63,976 nt of DNA, filler included, from Thraustochytrium aureum (GCA_012862495.1; 8 parts of 5 records of this genome joined end to end with filler, not necessarily neighbours in it); one strand, 5' to 3'; shown: positions 22,382-35,439, numbered from the whole stretch's first letter. Program-made: numbers and translations. Notes: generated by a model from the letters alone, not told the origin.

Positions 22382-24719
22382 CTACACCATGGACATGTTG
22401 GTCACCGGGCGGTCTGGGACCACCGGCGAACGCATGCTCGGCGAAGGCGGCTTCACATTCAGTGATGTCAGGTTGAGCGGCGTGTTGGGCATGCGCCCAG
22501 TCATGGACACGTTGGAGACGGAATCGTCGCCCATCTCGGCCATTCGCGCAGCAGCTGCTGCCGCAGTAGGCGACAGGCTCGGAGCCGAGCTGAGCGTGTT
22601 GAGCGGGATGTTGATGGACGAGAGACTGACCGCGGCGTCGGTGTGCTGGGCAACGTATTGCTCGACGTAAATTCGCGCGTAGTGCTGGGCGTACTGCTGC
22701 ACATCGCGCGGGGTGAGCTCGGACGGGTACTGCGTGAGGCGCGGGGGAGGGGCCTCCTCGTGCGGCAGGCTCGAGACTGGGTCGCCGTTCTGTAGCGGCG
22801 ACTTGGCCGCAGAACCAGCTGAAGGCCGGTACTTTTCTTTGTAAAAGCGACCCTTGCTGAAGATGACGGCTACGAAGGTGAAGCCGAGCAGCGCTGAGCC
22901 GTAGAGGACCAAGTAGGTGAGCTGTTCGACTTGGTTGGGGAAGCGGGTCTTGGCCAGCGCGATGCCGAGCCAGACCTCCGCGATGGCCGCAGCAAAGATG
23001 AACATCGCCGTGAACACGTGTTGCGCGAGCCAGTACGGGCGAGTCCAACCGTGACGGAAGATGACGGCGCCCACGGGCTGTGTAAATGCAGCCAGCACGA
23101 TGACCAGGCCAAGAGCAGTGTGCGGCGTGTCGAAATGCGTCTGACGCGAAGAAACGGCCAGGAAAAAGGCGACCAGGATCATGGCCACCGCGACAATCTG
23201 GATCGGGCGATGAAAGAGCCACCACGCGTTTGGAGCGAGCCAGGTGAGACGTTCCCTGAACACGGAAGGGAGGACTGCGGCCGGCATGAAGTAGAGGAAG
23301 CCCAGGGCCATCATGACCGCGTGCGCGAGTAGCTTTTGCGCCGTGTTGTCGTCGCCGGCCTCCGCGGCGCCAGCAACCCAGTTGACAGTCGCAAAGTCTC
23401 GGCTGGCTTGATCGCCGTTGTGCTGGGTGATGCCGTCAGAGTCACCATACGCAAAGACAAGCAGGTCCTCCGCATTGGCGTTGACTGGTGTAGCGCCAAA
23501 CGCGCTCGCGGTGAAGCTCAGGCGCGTGACTCCTCCTTGCCGCGTGACCTCGACTTGGCTGAGGCCATTATCGTCGTTTGCCGCGGTTTGCAAAACAACA
23601 CCGTTCTGGTTTTTGGCGTTGAGCGCATAGACGTTTGCCACCAGGACACCGTTCACGGTCTCTGCAACCACTACGGTCGACCCAATCATCGGGGCGTTGG
23701 AACCCGTGTCGGGTTGCACGCCGATCGCCATCCATCCGCTGCCCTTTCGCAGCTCAAAGACGAGCTCGATCGTTTCGTCGTCGACTTGACCGAAATTGAT
23801 TGTGCCATCTCCGCCAAGGACGCTGAGCTCGCCATCTTGGCCCACGTCCTCTTCCTCCTCTTCCTCCTCGTCCTTTCCGTCATCCTTTGTNNNNNNNNNN
23901 NNNNNNNNNNNNNNNNNNNNNNNNNNNNNNNNNNNNNNNNNNNNNNNNNNNNNNNNNNNNNNNNNNNNNNNNNNNNNNNNNNNNNNNNNNNNNNNNNNNN
24001 NNNNNNNNNNNNNNNNNNNNNNNNNNNNNNNNNNNNNNNNNNNNNNNNNNNNNNNNNNNNNNNNNNNNNNNNNNNNNNNNNNNNNNNNNNNNNNNNNNNN
24101 NNNNNNNNNNNNNNNNNNNNNNNNNNNNNNNNNNNNNNNNNNNNNNNNNNNNNNNNNNNNNNNNNNNNNNNNNNNNNNNNNNNNNNNNNNNNNNNNNNNN
24201 NNNNNNNNNNNNNNNNNNNNNNNNNNNNNNNNNNNNNNNNNNNNNNNNNNNNNNNNNNNNNNNNNNNNNNNNNNNNNNNNNNNNNNNNNNNNNNNNNNNN
24301 NNNNNNNNNNNNNNNNNNNNNNNNNNNNNNNNNNNNNNNNNNNNNNNNNNNNNNNNNNNNNNNNNNNNNNNNNNNNNNNNNNNNNNNNNNNNNNNNNNNN
24401 NNNNNNNNNNNNNNNNNNNNNNNNNNNNNNNNNNNNNNNNNNNNNNNNNNNNNNNNNNNNNNNNNNNNNNNNNNNNNNNNNNNNNNNNNNNNNNNNNNNN
24501 NNNNNNNNNNNNNNNNNNNNNNNNNNNNNNNNNNNNNNNNNNNNNNNNNNNNNNNNNNNNNNNNNNNNNNNNNNNNNNNNNNNNNNNNNNNNNAAGGACC
24601 TCGAACGTCACGTTGCCGCGCTCGCCGAGGACCGCGACCTCCTCAACGCGTTGGGCCTTGCAGCTCGCGGCAGCCAGCGCGAAGCTCGCGACCACGAGCG
24701 CAAGCCACTGGCGCACCAT
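22382..24719 (-). CDS. DOMON domain(s) plus cytochrome b561 transmembrane protein (CYBDOM/ferric-chelate reductase-like)
   Basis: Signal peptide MVRQWLALVVASFALAAASCKA, DOMON (GWMAIGV...PMIGSTVVVA...LVFAYG...QH) and b561 helices with heme His (AHAVMM, LFHRPIQ, TPHTALG, AQHVF). Ser/Pro-rich cytosolic tail. The middle of the gene lies in gap 23891-24593. Confidence 0.88.
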
Positions 24720-25871
24720 GTTTTGTGCCTACTTTTATCCACTTCGTCTGCTTGTCCTTCGCGCTCTTCTCGCGGTGCCAACGCGCTGCTGCTCGAATGG
24801 GCTCTGCCCTCACTCCGGGCTCGGCTCAAGCGCCACTTCCTGCACAGACTGTGCCTAGCTCTGGAGAGTAGAGTACTCTGTAATCGATCGACGATGCCTG
24901 TTTGGTGACAGATCTGTTGATTTGGGGTTGCGGTTTTGCTTGCCACCAGTCAGCGCGCGGCACCGGCTGCCGCAGCAGCATGGACGCGCAGGAGCAGCTT
25001 CGCCTCGTCATGTGGATGCAGTACAACAGCAACAACAACTGGCACAGCGCTGACCGATCGATCTGATCGATCAGGTCGATCCCGCGCTGACCGCGAAAAG
25101 CCGACGAGCGGCGTGTGGCGCGCATGCACAAGAGTCCGTTGTCCAGAGAGTCCGTAGAGCAAGGAGGATCCTCCTTGCGTAGAGGAAGTGAAGGTTGTGG
25201 TTGTGTGACGTGCATCGCGCGCCTTGCGTGCATCTGTTCCTTGCTGTCTACCTACCACAACAAACTCTGCCATCAGCGCGTGTCCCGTGATGATCGCCCA
25301 AAAGCCCCAAGTTGAAACGCAACCGGCCACAGAGCAGCCGGCCATGAACGCGTGGCAAGGGGCAACTCGCAGCGTAGACTCGCAGTGCACGGGCCGTTCG
25401 AATACGGGTATTCAAGCAGCGGAGGTAGTGTTCTAGTTTACGCGTTTATGCTGAGAGTCGCGCGGTAGCCCCAGTCGTTCAGCAAATCCACCCGTTTCCA
25501 CAGTAGAGTACCCTCCTACTGTGAAGCCGGAGGCAGTTTGTGTTTGTTTGCCTGGAGGTACTTACCGAGGCTCGCTGTAGTCTGTGGGCAGAGGGAGAAG
25601 GACTCACCCTCTTCAATCAAATCAAAAGGCAAGCTCTTGACGGTGAGTGATCATCTCTCGTCGCTCGTCGGAGCCCCCCAGAGTCCCCACTCTACATTGA
25701 CGAAATTGTATCAGAACAGCGGAAGCCTTGAAGGCTTTGCTTTCGTGAGCCGTGCATTGGTGTGCACCGGCTTGTTGGTTTGTTTCGATCCGATACTGGT
25801 TTTTTGGCCTGCCTGAACTGATTTCATGAACAACAGTGATTGTTTTGGCCTTTTGTTTTTCTTCCAGCCGG

Positions 25872-25915
25872 CCATCATGATGAGCCAGCGCGCCATCATG
25901 ATGAGCCAGCGCGCG
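25872..25915. repeat. 21-bp tandem duplication containing palindrome CATCATGATG
   Basis: gccatcatgatgagccagcgc repeated twice head-to-tail. Confidence 0.9.
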
Positions 25916-26538
25916 TTGAAGCGAGCGAAGAGCGCGCCGCTGGTGGTTAATTCATCGCGACGAGACGGGGCGACCACGAGGCAAGACNNNNNNNNNNNNN
26001 NNNNNNNNNNNNNNNNNNNNNNNNNNNNNNNNNNNNNNNNNNNNNNNNNNNNNNNNNNNNNNNNNNNNNNNNNNNNNNNNNNNNNNNNNNNNNNNNNNNN
26101 NNNNNNNNNNNNNNNNNNNNNNNNNNNNNNNNNNNNNNNNNNNNNNNNNNNNNNNNNNNNNNNNNNNNNNNNNNNNNNNNNNNNNNNNNNNNNNNNNNNN
26201 NNNNNNNNNNNNNNNNNNNNNNNNNNNNNNNNNNNNNNNNNNNNNNNNNNNNNNNNNNNNNNNNNNNNNNNNNNNNNNNNNNNNNNNNNNNNNNNNNNNN
26301 NNNNNNNNNNNNNNNNNNNNNNNNNNNNNNNNNNNNNNNNNNNNNNNNNNNNNNNNNNNNNNNNNNNNNNNNNNNNNNNNNNNNNNNNNNNNNNNNNNNN
26401 NNNNNNNNNNNNNNNNNNNNNNNNNNNNNNNNNNNNNNNNNNNNNNNNNNNNNNNNNNNNNNNNNNNNNNNNNNNNNNNNNNNNNNNNNNNNNNNNNNNN
26501 NNNNNNNNNNNNNNNNNNNNNNNNNNNNNNNNNNNNNN

Positions 26539-28267
26539 CCTGGCTCGCGCACACGATGACCGCGGCGCTGCCGGAGACGGCCTCGGCCATCTTCTGGTAG
26601 ATGTTGGCGCTCATAAAGTGCTCGTCGAAGGCGACCTTGAGGCCGTGCTTCTCCAGGCGCATCTTGAGGTGCTTGGCCGCTGGCTTTTGCGCCCACGAGT
26701 ACGAGATCATGACGTCGCACTGCTCCACCTTGCGAACCGGGACAGCTTGCGGCGCCTTGGTCCCCCCGGCCGTGGCCTCGATCGCCCCCATCAAGGCCGC
26801 CGCCTCAAACCCGGCGTTCAGATAAGGCGAAGTCTTTCCATTGGCTGCCTCGAGGCGGCCAGCGCGGTCGCGCACGTTTCGCAACATGACCGCCGTCGCG
26901 ATCGCGTCGCTCGGCCGGTTCCCGGCCGCCTCGAGATGGCCCAGCGCAGACACCGTGCGCTCCACGTCGCCAGCGCGGTCCTGGTCCAGCAACGCAGACG
27001 AAGCTTGCAGCAAGAGGTTCGAGGCCGGCGCCAGCGCAGGCGCGTTGTTACGCTGTGTGCTCAACGCAAGCAGGGGGACGACGACGTGGCCGAGGTCCCA
27101 CCGCACGCCCTCGAAAGTGGCGCGCGGGTCTGCCACGGTTGTCCGGAGCTGCTCCAGCAAGAGGTCCACCACGCCGGCCTCGCGAAGGCGCTGCGCGCCA
27201 CGCTCGTGTCGCCAACGAGGTTGGCCACAGCCATGGCAGCCCTGACGCGGTCCGCAGCCACGCGGCCTTGCATCTGGCCCGAAGCAAGTGGAAACAGAAG
27301 CTCCGCAGCGTCGGCGTCCCGGAGCATGGGAATCACAGTCGCGTAGTTGGTGAGCGACTCGAACTGGGCAATCAGGGCAGAGTCAGGAACCCCGTCAGAG
27401 TTGCAGCCCCCAGTCGCCGACTTGATAAGCCGCGAGAGAAGCGACGTGGCAGTCTCCTCGAGCGCGCGCGAATCGCCCACGCTTGGAGCAGGCGGCGGCT
27501 GCGACTCGAGGGCGCGGGCTTTGGCCACCTCGTCCTTTGCGCTTGCCACGACTTTCGGCGCCCGCCGCGCCTTCGCGAGGGCTTTGGTCGCGCTCCGTGA
27601 CAGGTTCGCGTTCTTCGTCAGCGTGAGCTTGACCAGGTTGGCGAGCGCGGCATGGCGGCAGCCAGGAGCATGGCGCCTTCTGAGGTGATCGCGTTGCCGT
27701 CGAGCAGCAGCTCGCGCAGGTTGCTATTGGGGGAGCGCGGACGCCAGCACGCGGGCGCCGCTGTCCCCGATGGCGTTTTTCCGCAGGTCGAGGCGCTGGG
27801 TGAACGACCGCTCCACGAGCTTGGCCAGCTTTTGAGCCCCGCCGTTTGAGATCTTGTTGCCGGCCAACAGGAGCTCGAACGTGTCTCCGACATAGTCTCC
27901 GAACGAGAGCACGATGTCGAGCCCGGCGTCCCCGAGCTGCTTGCCGGTGAGGTCGAGCTTTTTGTTGTGCACCGGCTTGATGTTGGTCGCGCGTTGGCCG
28001 TTGTTGCGCTTGCGCGCCTTCGCCAGCTGTTTGCGCGCTGCTGCCTTCTTCTTGACGAGGGCGCGGTCGGCCTTGTCCAGCTGCTCGCGGAGCGCCGCCT
28101 CCGTCTTGGTGGCCACCGCGGCGCCTTCGGGTCTGACGCCCAGCGCCCACTCTTTCGGCGCTTCGGAGGGCGCCATCACGAATTGCTTGCCCGGTATCCA
28201 CTTGGCGTGCTCGCGCTCGCTCGTGATCTGTTCTGTTCGGGGTCTGGCTGCCGCGGGACGAAGTCAT
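26539..28267 (-). CDS. LRR (RNI-like) - ARM-like helical region - TIR (TIR_2-type) protein, frameshifted, 3' end in gap
   Basis: LRRs KLDLTGKQLGDAGL, LLLAGNKISNGGAQKLA, RLDLRKNAIGDSGARVLA, LRELLLDGNAITSEGAMLLA, LVKLTLTKN. Helical region RVRAAMAVANLVG...GVVDLLLEQL. TIR start CDVMISYSWAQKPAAKHLKMRLEKHGLKVAFDEHFMSANIYQKMAEAVSGSAAVIVCASQ. Confidence 0.82.
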
Positions 28268-28890
28268 GGACAGAAGGTGTGCGCGCCGCGTTGCGCTGCG
28301 TGATGATCGACCAACTCGCGAGTTGGTGTAACGCCCTGATCATCACCCTCACACGCCCGCCCCAACGCACCCAAATCCGTCGACTCTAGTAGGTACTCTA
28401 CGGGAGTTGAGCTCGATTGCGATTGCGCGAGGAGCTCGGCTGCGGCTAGCGGGTTGCGGCAAGCCAGCCTGCCAGCCTGCCAGCCAGCTTCACCGCGACG
28501 AGGGAAGCCGACGCAAGTCGCAATGTGTCCACCATCAGTGATCCTGCCAGCGCGGCCAGCGGGCCAGCGGTCCGTGAAGGCGCTGGGGCCCTGATCTCGC
28601 TCGCTTTTTCTTGCGTTTCGCTCGCCCCGTCGCTTTTCGGCCCCGTCACAGCCAAGGTGTGCGCATGCACAAGGAACAGCTCTATTGATCGCGAACAGTT
28701 CTCTAAGAATTGCAACGGCTAGTGGCGCGAAAGAGCAGCGCAGAGCGTGCGTGCGAGCGTGCGGGGGCGCGAGCGCGGGCAGCGGCGGCAGAGCCCATTC
28801 GCGCACTGGCAGCGGCAGGAAGAGCAGCAGCGACACTGCCACGAGAGGGCCTCGCGCAGGCTGGGCTCGTCTTGCGGATTCCGAGCCACG

Positions 28891-31800
28891 ATGCAGGACG
28901 CGCCGCAGGCCGCCGCTGCTGCTGCGCCAGAGGCCGAGAAGGAGAGCTTGGCGGTGACAGCGAGGACAGAGTCTACGACGGCCAGCTCGCATGAGCATTG
29001 CCCGGACGGAGAACTTGGCGCGCAGCCGGGGGGCGCAGCCAGCGGGTGCGTCGGGGCACTAGACCACATTCTGCGGAAAACGTTCAAGGACCTCTATGAC
29101 GAGGAAGGCGACCAGGACGCGGAGAGCCAGAGCGCGGCAGATCCCAGCCCTAGACTGCCTGCTGTAGGCTCAAGCGGGCTTGTCGACCCTGCCGAGCCAG
29201 GTCCAGAAAGCGAAGCAGACGGCATGGTTCAGGATGACGTCATTGCCAGCGCATCAGACGAGGATGCTGCCCACAACGTGCCTGAGGAGGAAACCGACGG
29301 CATGCAGGGCGAGACCCCAAAGCCGTGCGAAGAGCCGCCAGGCAGTGGGAGAGCGCAAGGCACGCCAGCCGCGCTCTCGGCCGAAGACCGAGCGTCCGAG
29401 AACGCAGACCCGACTGCAGAGGACCCCAGTTCAAAAGCGACGCGGCTCGCTGGCGCAAACCGAGCAAGTTCGCCGAGAGTTGCTGGACATAGAGCGGGCC
29501 TTGGGCATCGAGCTGGAGAATACCGTGGCACTGGAGCGGTTCTTGGAGGAGCAGCGCGCAAAGGCCCACGTCGCAGACGCTGAGCAAGCCGAAGGAATCT
29601 ACCGCCAGGGCCTGCTCGTCGGGGCCGAATACCCGGTGGGCCGAACTACACACCAGCTCACCAAGGACCAACTCACAGAGTTCGGATCGATTAGCTCCAC
29701 CTTGCTCGTCGCAAAGTCGCTCATGGACGCAAGTGAGGAGACCGACCTGTACCGCCGCGGCAGGATCAAGCGCGGGAAAAGCGAGCTGTGCCACGTTCGG
29801 CCCACTACGCCCAACTACCAGAGGCCAAAGGGGTGGAAACCAAAACTAGCAGACTCCATCGCCGCCGCAGAGCCAGACAGCGCGAAAGCCTGCCCGGCAC
29901 CCAACAACCAGACCGAGGCAGTAGAGCCCAAGCAGGATGGTCCGGAGGACGAAAACGGCAAAGCGACCTCGCAAAGACGCCGTAAACAGCGCCGCCCGAG
30001 CGCAGGCATCTCTGCCGCCGACGACAAGGTCCTGTCCCGCATGAAGAAGCAAGTCTCATTCCTGAAAAACCCGCGCTTCGCACTAACCACCAAGGAGACG
30101 CGAGACTGGCGTGTCTCGCTCCTCAACAAAGACATGAGCGAACCGCCCACCTACGCGCAGAGGGAGCTCCTCGAGCTCGACGACCAAGAGCCCAAGGGCT
30201 TTCTGGAGGAGTGCCANNNNNNNNNNNNNNNNNNNNNNNNNNNNNNNNNNNNNNNNNNNNNNNNNNNNNNNNNNNNNNNNNNNNNNNNNNNNNNNNNNNN
30301 NNNNNNNNNNNNNNNNNNNNNNNNNNNNNNNNNNNNNNNNNNNNNNNNNNNNNNNNNNNNNNNNNNNNNNNNNNNNNNNNNNNNNNNNNNNNNNNNNNNN
30401 NNNNNNNNNNNNNNNNNNNNNNNNNNNCTCCTACGAGATACACCAGACCAGCTACATTTCGCTCAAGATCTTCAACGTGGAGCCCGTGTCCCGGGGGATT
30501 CGCTTTCTCCCGCCCGTCTCAAAATACTTTTCTATCGACAGCACCGAGTTCCCATCCGGCGGGTCCGTAATCGCGCCAGGCATGGCCTGCACGGTCCGCA
30601 TCGCATTCTGCCCGGACTCCCTTGCCGATTACAGCGACTTTCTTACCGTCGCAACGGAGACCGAGCGCTTCAGAATCGCCCTCGTGGCCAAGCGACCGGC
30701 GCCTCGGCTCTCGCTCGAGCGGTCCCTCGACTGCGGGTCTTGCTTTGTCGGGAACAAAACCACCACGACGTTTTCCTGCCGCAACTCGGGCGGCGCAGGC
30801 AAGTTTCAGCTCCTCGCGGAGGAAGAATGGGCCAACCCGAGCCTGCAGGTCGACTACGCGGACCGCGCCTGCATCAGTGTTGGTGCATTCACGGTTTCGC
30901 CTGTCTCCTTCGCCTTGGATTGCGGCGACGCGGCCGACCTGACGGTGGACTTTGCTCCCGAGGGCTGCGGCACGTTCAAAGGGACGCTCATACTTGCTTG
31001 CGACAACTGCCAAGTCCAGCGCCTTACGTTCGTGGGAAACAGTTGCAAGGTGCAGATCATGGCTGCCAAGATCGACGCTGTCGCGATCGACCTTGCAAAC
31101 CCGGCGATCCAGCAGCCGCGCGCTCTCCTCTTTCCCGATACTACGGTCTACTCGCTCGCAGAGCGCCGAGTTACTTATCACAACCCAAGCCCGATCGCGC
31201 TCACTTTTCACTGGGCGCTCTTCAAGCACGCCACGAATCCAAAGCACAAGAGGTCGGCGGTGGTTCCCGTCAAGGCCTCCGTACATACTTTTCAGATCGA
31301 GCCCCCGAGGGGTACCTTGGCGCCAGGCCAAAGCGTAGAGTTTTGCGTGACCTTCAACCCGCTCCTCGTCCAGCGCCACGAGATCCAGGCGCAGCTCATT
31401 GTCGAGCAAGTCCCCGCAAACGCCGTCCCCGGATTCATTCCAGACTCTGGGCTCAAGCTACGCCGCTCCGCGACTTCGCGCCCAGACAGATCTGAGCACT
31501 TCGGACCGGGCCATGCCCATGACCCTGCCGGAGTGGCGGGAGCACTGCTCGGCACTTCAACGAAACAGATCGGCCTGCTCGTCCAAAACGACGAAAGGCT
31601 GCACGAGCCGGACCTGTACGACATCCCCTGCGTCAAGCTCTTGCTATCTGGGCGCGGCACGGCGCCATCCGCCGCATTCGAGCCTGGGCCGCTCGTCCGC
31701 TTGGTTCAGACAACCTACGTGGGACGGGCTACAGAATTTGCTGCCGAGCTCCGCAACACGAGCACCGGGCCGCTCCTGTTTTCGTGGCTTGACCTCGAGA

Positions 31801-34800
31801 CTGAGCAAGTCCGCATCGAGCCCCAAACCCCAAGCGGCTCGCTTGGCCCCGGCGAGGCCATCGCTGTGCGCTTTACTCTCGCCCCGCTAGGAGCAGGCAC
31901 ATTCGCCCACTCGATCGGCTGCCACCTGTCTCCCCATGGGTTTGAGCCTGGCGTCAGCAGCAAGAAGGCGAGCCAAGTGATTCGGCTTTGCTTGGCGGGC
32001 ACTATTTCAGGCCCCACCGTTGCGCTAGGCCTGCAAGAAGTCGACTTTGGCCTTGTTGGCGTGGGCAAAGGGCTGAGGTGCGGCTTCCTGTAACCAATAC
32101 CAGCCCCATCCCCGCGCTTGTATCGTTCAGACAAGTCCGGTCTGGCGACATGGAGAGCCCTGACAACGCCCTGCTCACCTTTCACCCCATGGAGGCGCTC
32201 ATTGGCCCCGGCGACACTGTCGCAGTGAACGTACACTGCAAAGCCGGCGCGAGACCGCAGCGGCTGCGCAAGGTTTTGGAGTGCATTGTCAGCGAAAGTG
32301 CGCCTCGCTTCGTGCGCATGCGCGCAGAGATTCAGTCGCCCAAGGTCTTCGTCGAGCAACTCGCTCCCGACGGCGCCCCAACCGCCAAGAGATGCGCGCT
32401 CGACCTCGGGACAACGTACGTAACAGTTGCGGTGACGCGCACGATTCGCATGGTCAACCTTTCCAACTTGCCAGCCAAGTTCGCCTGGACCGAGCTGCTT
32501 CCGACGCCCAGCTCCGGGCCTAGCAGCAGCAAACGAAACAGTCGCGCTTCCGCAGCCGGAAGAGCGAGCACCATCAGTCGCCGCTCGACAACGGCAGACA
32601 GCACTGGGGACGGTGGCCCGGCCTACGAGGTGTCGTTCAGCTGCGAGACGGGGACGCTGGCGCCAAAAGAAGCACGCCATATCACGCTGTCATACATGCC
32701 GCGCAAGCCAGGCCGAGTCTCGACCATGTTTGTTTGCGATGTAGAGGGCATGGAAGCTCCGCTCGGCCTCACGCTCCGCACGCTCTCGCGCGGCTTGGTC
32801 GTCTCGTACAAGATCGTCGGCGAGGACGCCACCGCTCGCGACCTCGCTCCCGAGCGCCCAGCTGACTTGGACGGTGCCTCCGCAGATCCGCCGGCCGCAA
32901 ACACAAAGCTTCCAGTGCTCGACTTTGGCAGCGATGTGGGGCTCTGCAAGCGCAAGACGCTGCGGCTCTGCCTGACAAATCACTCGGCTATTCGGGCCGC
33001 ATATGCCCTCACTGTCAAGGCGTTTCCAGCTATGTTTGTGCCCCCTTCTGTGACTTCAGCAGGACCTGGCGGCGAGAGCCCTCGAAACCAGCAGGACGGC
33101 TCGATGGGCCGGTTCACGGCGAGCTCTGCGCTTGTCGGGTCTGGACAAGGCCTGGAAGCGCCTTCAAATGGGCTCCTCGCAAGGCAGCAACTGGGGGTCG
33201 CCAGAGCGCAGCAACGACTGCACGCGCTGGCCGCTCGTCGCCTTTGCGAGCGCGCTCGCCGCGCTCTCCGAAGCAGCTTCAAGCGAGGCTGGCGGCCAGC
33301 CATGAGCAAACCCAAGTTTTTGCCTCTCAAGCCGGCAAGGCCCATACTCTGGCCAAAATCCAGGCCAAGGAGGACAAGCAGGTTCTCGCAGCTGGGAAGG
33401 GCGTCGCCTTCCTTGCGGTGCCACAAACGGGCTTTCTGGAGCCGTGGCAATCCACCATCGTCGACGTCATCTGCTTCAACAACATGTCTGGCACTTACCG
33501 CAGCGAGTTGGCATGCTGCGTTGACGGCTCCCCCCATGCTCGACGCCGCTCAAGGTTACGGTGGTTGGTAGTCCTCTGCGCCTCGAGAGCAACACCGTTG
33601 GGCTTGTCATGCGCCGTGGAGCAGAGTCGCTGGACAACCCTGACGCAGCGCTTCGGTTCGGACACGCGCTCGTTGGAACGGCCAAGGTACACAAGGTCAT
33701 TAAGGTGGTCAACGACGGGCCCATCCCATCAAAGTTCAGCTGGCGCGTCAAAGCCAAGCGGGCTGCCGATGCGGACATGGTCCTTGCCACTCTTGCCTTC
33801 GACGACGAGCTGGGCGGCGTCCGGCTGCACGTCGCACCTCACCCAGAGCTTATCAACCCGCCCCCATTCGAGGTTGAACCGACTGAGCAGGTCGTTCCTG
33901 CTTATGGCTCTGCCGTGTTCCGCGTGTCGTACACGCCCAACGCGGAGGCCGAGGCCCACGATGGCGCGTACATCGTCGCTGACAGCGACTGGCTGGACGG
34001 CTCCGGCTCGAGCCTGCTTGCCGGGCCTGCGGGTCCAGGCGCAGGTGACCTCGAGCCGTCAAGCTCCCAGGCCTCGTTTCAGAGTCTGGTCGAGGCGACA
34101 ATCGCAGCTGCCGGAGGCGAAAGTATTGCAGACAGAAGCCATCGTCTCGCCTCGGCAGGAGCGGAGAGCGACGCCTCTGGCGCACAAGCTTGGCTCGCGG
34201 ACCAAGCGCGAGCCTCTGCGGGGCTTTTTGCGCGTAGAGCTAGGCGCGCACTCTGTGCGGCCCGCGCTCAAGCTTGATCGCGAGTTGCGGGGGCCAGTTC
34301 AGCGGCAGTTTCTCGGATTCGTTGTCTGGTCGACGCGGGAAATTGACCACGGCTCCTTTTTCAAGACGCTCACGTTCTCCAACCCAACGCCAAACAAGCT
34401 GCCATGCCTCCTCACGGCGACCCCGCCATTCTACGTAACGCAGAGCCGGGCAACGGCCTCGACGGAGCCCACTGTTACTTTGTCTGAAAGCCAGCAGCTC
34501 GCGGCTGTGCGAAACGGGGGGGATGGTGGTTCGCAGGCGTGCCTTCCCCCAGGCGCGACTCTCGCGGTGACGCTACAGTTCCGGCCAACAAGCCTTGTCA
34601 GTCGCGCCCACGACGTGAATGACAAGCTCCGCACAACGACCAAGGGCTCTTTCGCGCTGCGCTTTGTGAACGGCGACGTTCAGAGCGTTGACCTAGAGGG
34701 CACTGTTGTGGAGCCCGCGGTCGTGGCGAGCCCGCCGTTCTTCGACTTTGGGCATGTTCACGCCGAGACTTCTGCGCGCACGGTGATCTACTTGGCCAAT

Positions 34801-35193
34801 CCGACCGTGGTGCCAGCCTCGTGGAAAATCGAGCACGTAAAGGGGCAGCAAGCTGCCGAAGACGACATTCGCGGCGCTGTGGGCAGCCCGGACATCGTTG
34901 ACGATCCTTCGTGCTGGTCTTTCGACGTTGAGAGCGGGACGCTCGAAGGGCCGACGCTCCCGCTTTCCTCCGCCCAGGGGCTCGTGCCGCAGGGGTTCGA
35001 TCTGGACGGCAAGAGACGGCCTCGGCAGGTTCATGTCTGCTTCAGTCCGGTTTTGGAGGCGCCGTACGAAAGCCGCTTTCGCATTTCAGTTCAACGGGGC
35101 GTGTCCTTCATGCTTTTGCTGCGCGGGCGCGGGTCATACTCTGAAGAGCACGATTCATCGGTGCGCCCCTTTCCCCAGCCCCGCTACTCATAG
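28891..35193 (+). CDS. DLEC1: DLEC1/CFAP81-like ciliary central-apparatus protein with ASH/Ig-like repeats (several frameshifts, one gap)
   Basis: KKQVSFLKNPRF, IAPGMACTVRIAFCPDSLADYSDFLTV, repeated LDCG/VDFG/LDLG...N Ig-like modules, MVNLSNLPAKFAW, IICFNNMSG-like VICFNNMSGTYRSEL, and C-terminal LLRGRGSYSEE. Confidence 0.85.
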
Positions 35194-35439
35194 TCTCGAG
35201 CTAGAGGCACAGTGTGCAATTCGTGTCGTTGCTTTTTCGTTTCTTGCTCTAGCTAGTGGGGTGGCCCACACAGAACCGCCACGCTTGCCAGCAGGGATGA
35301 GGCTTGGTCTGAAGAACCTCCTCGATGCGATTCGTTCTCCTCCGAGACGATGGATAGCAAAGTAGCCCCGCGGTCACACAGGCTCGCACGCAGTGCGGCA
35401 CGCTGGATGGTGGGCACTCGCTGAGGTGACGCACCAAGC

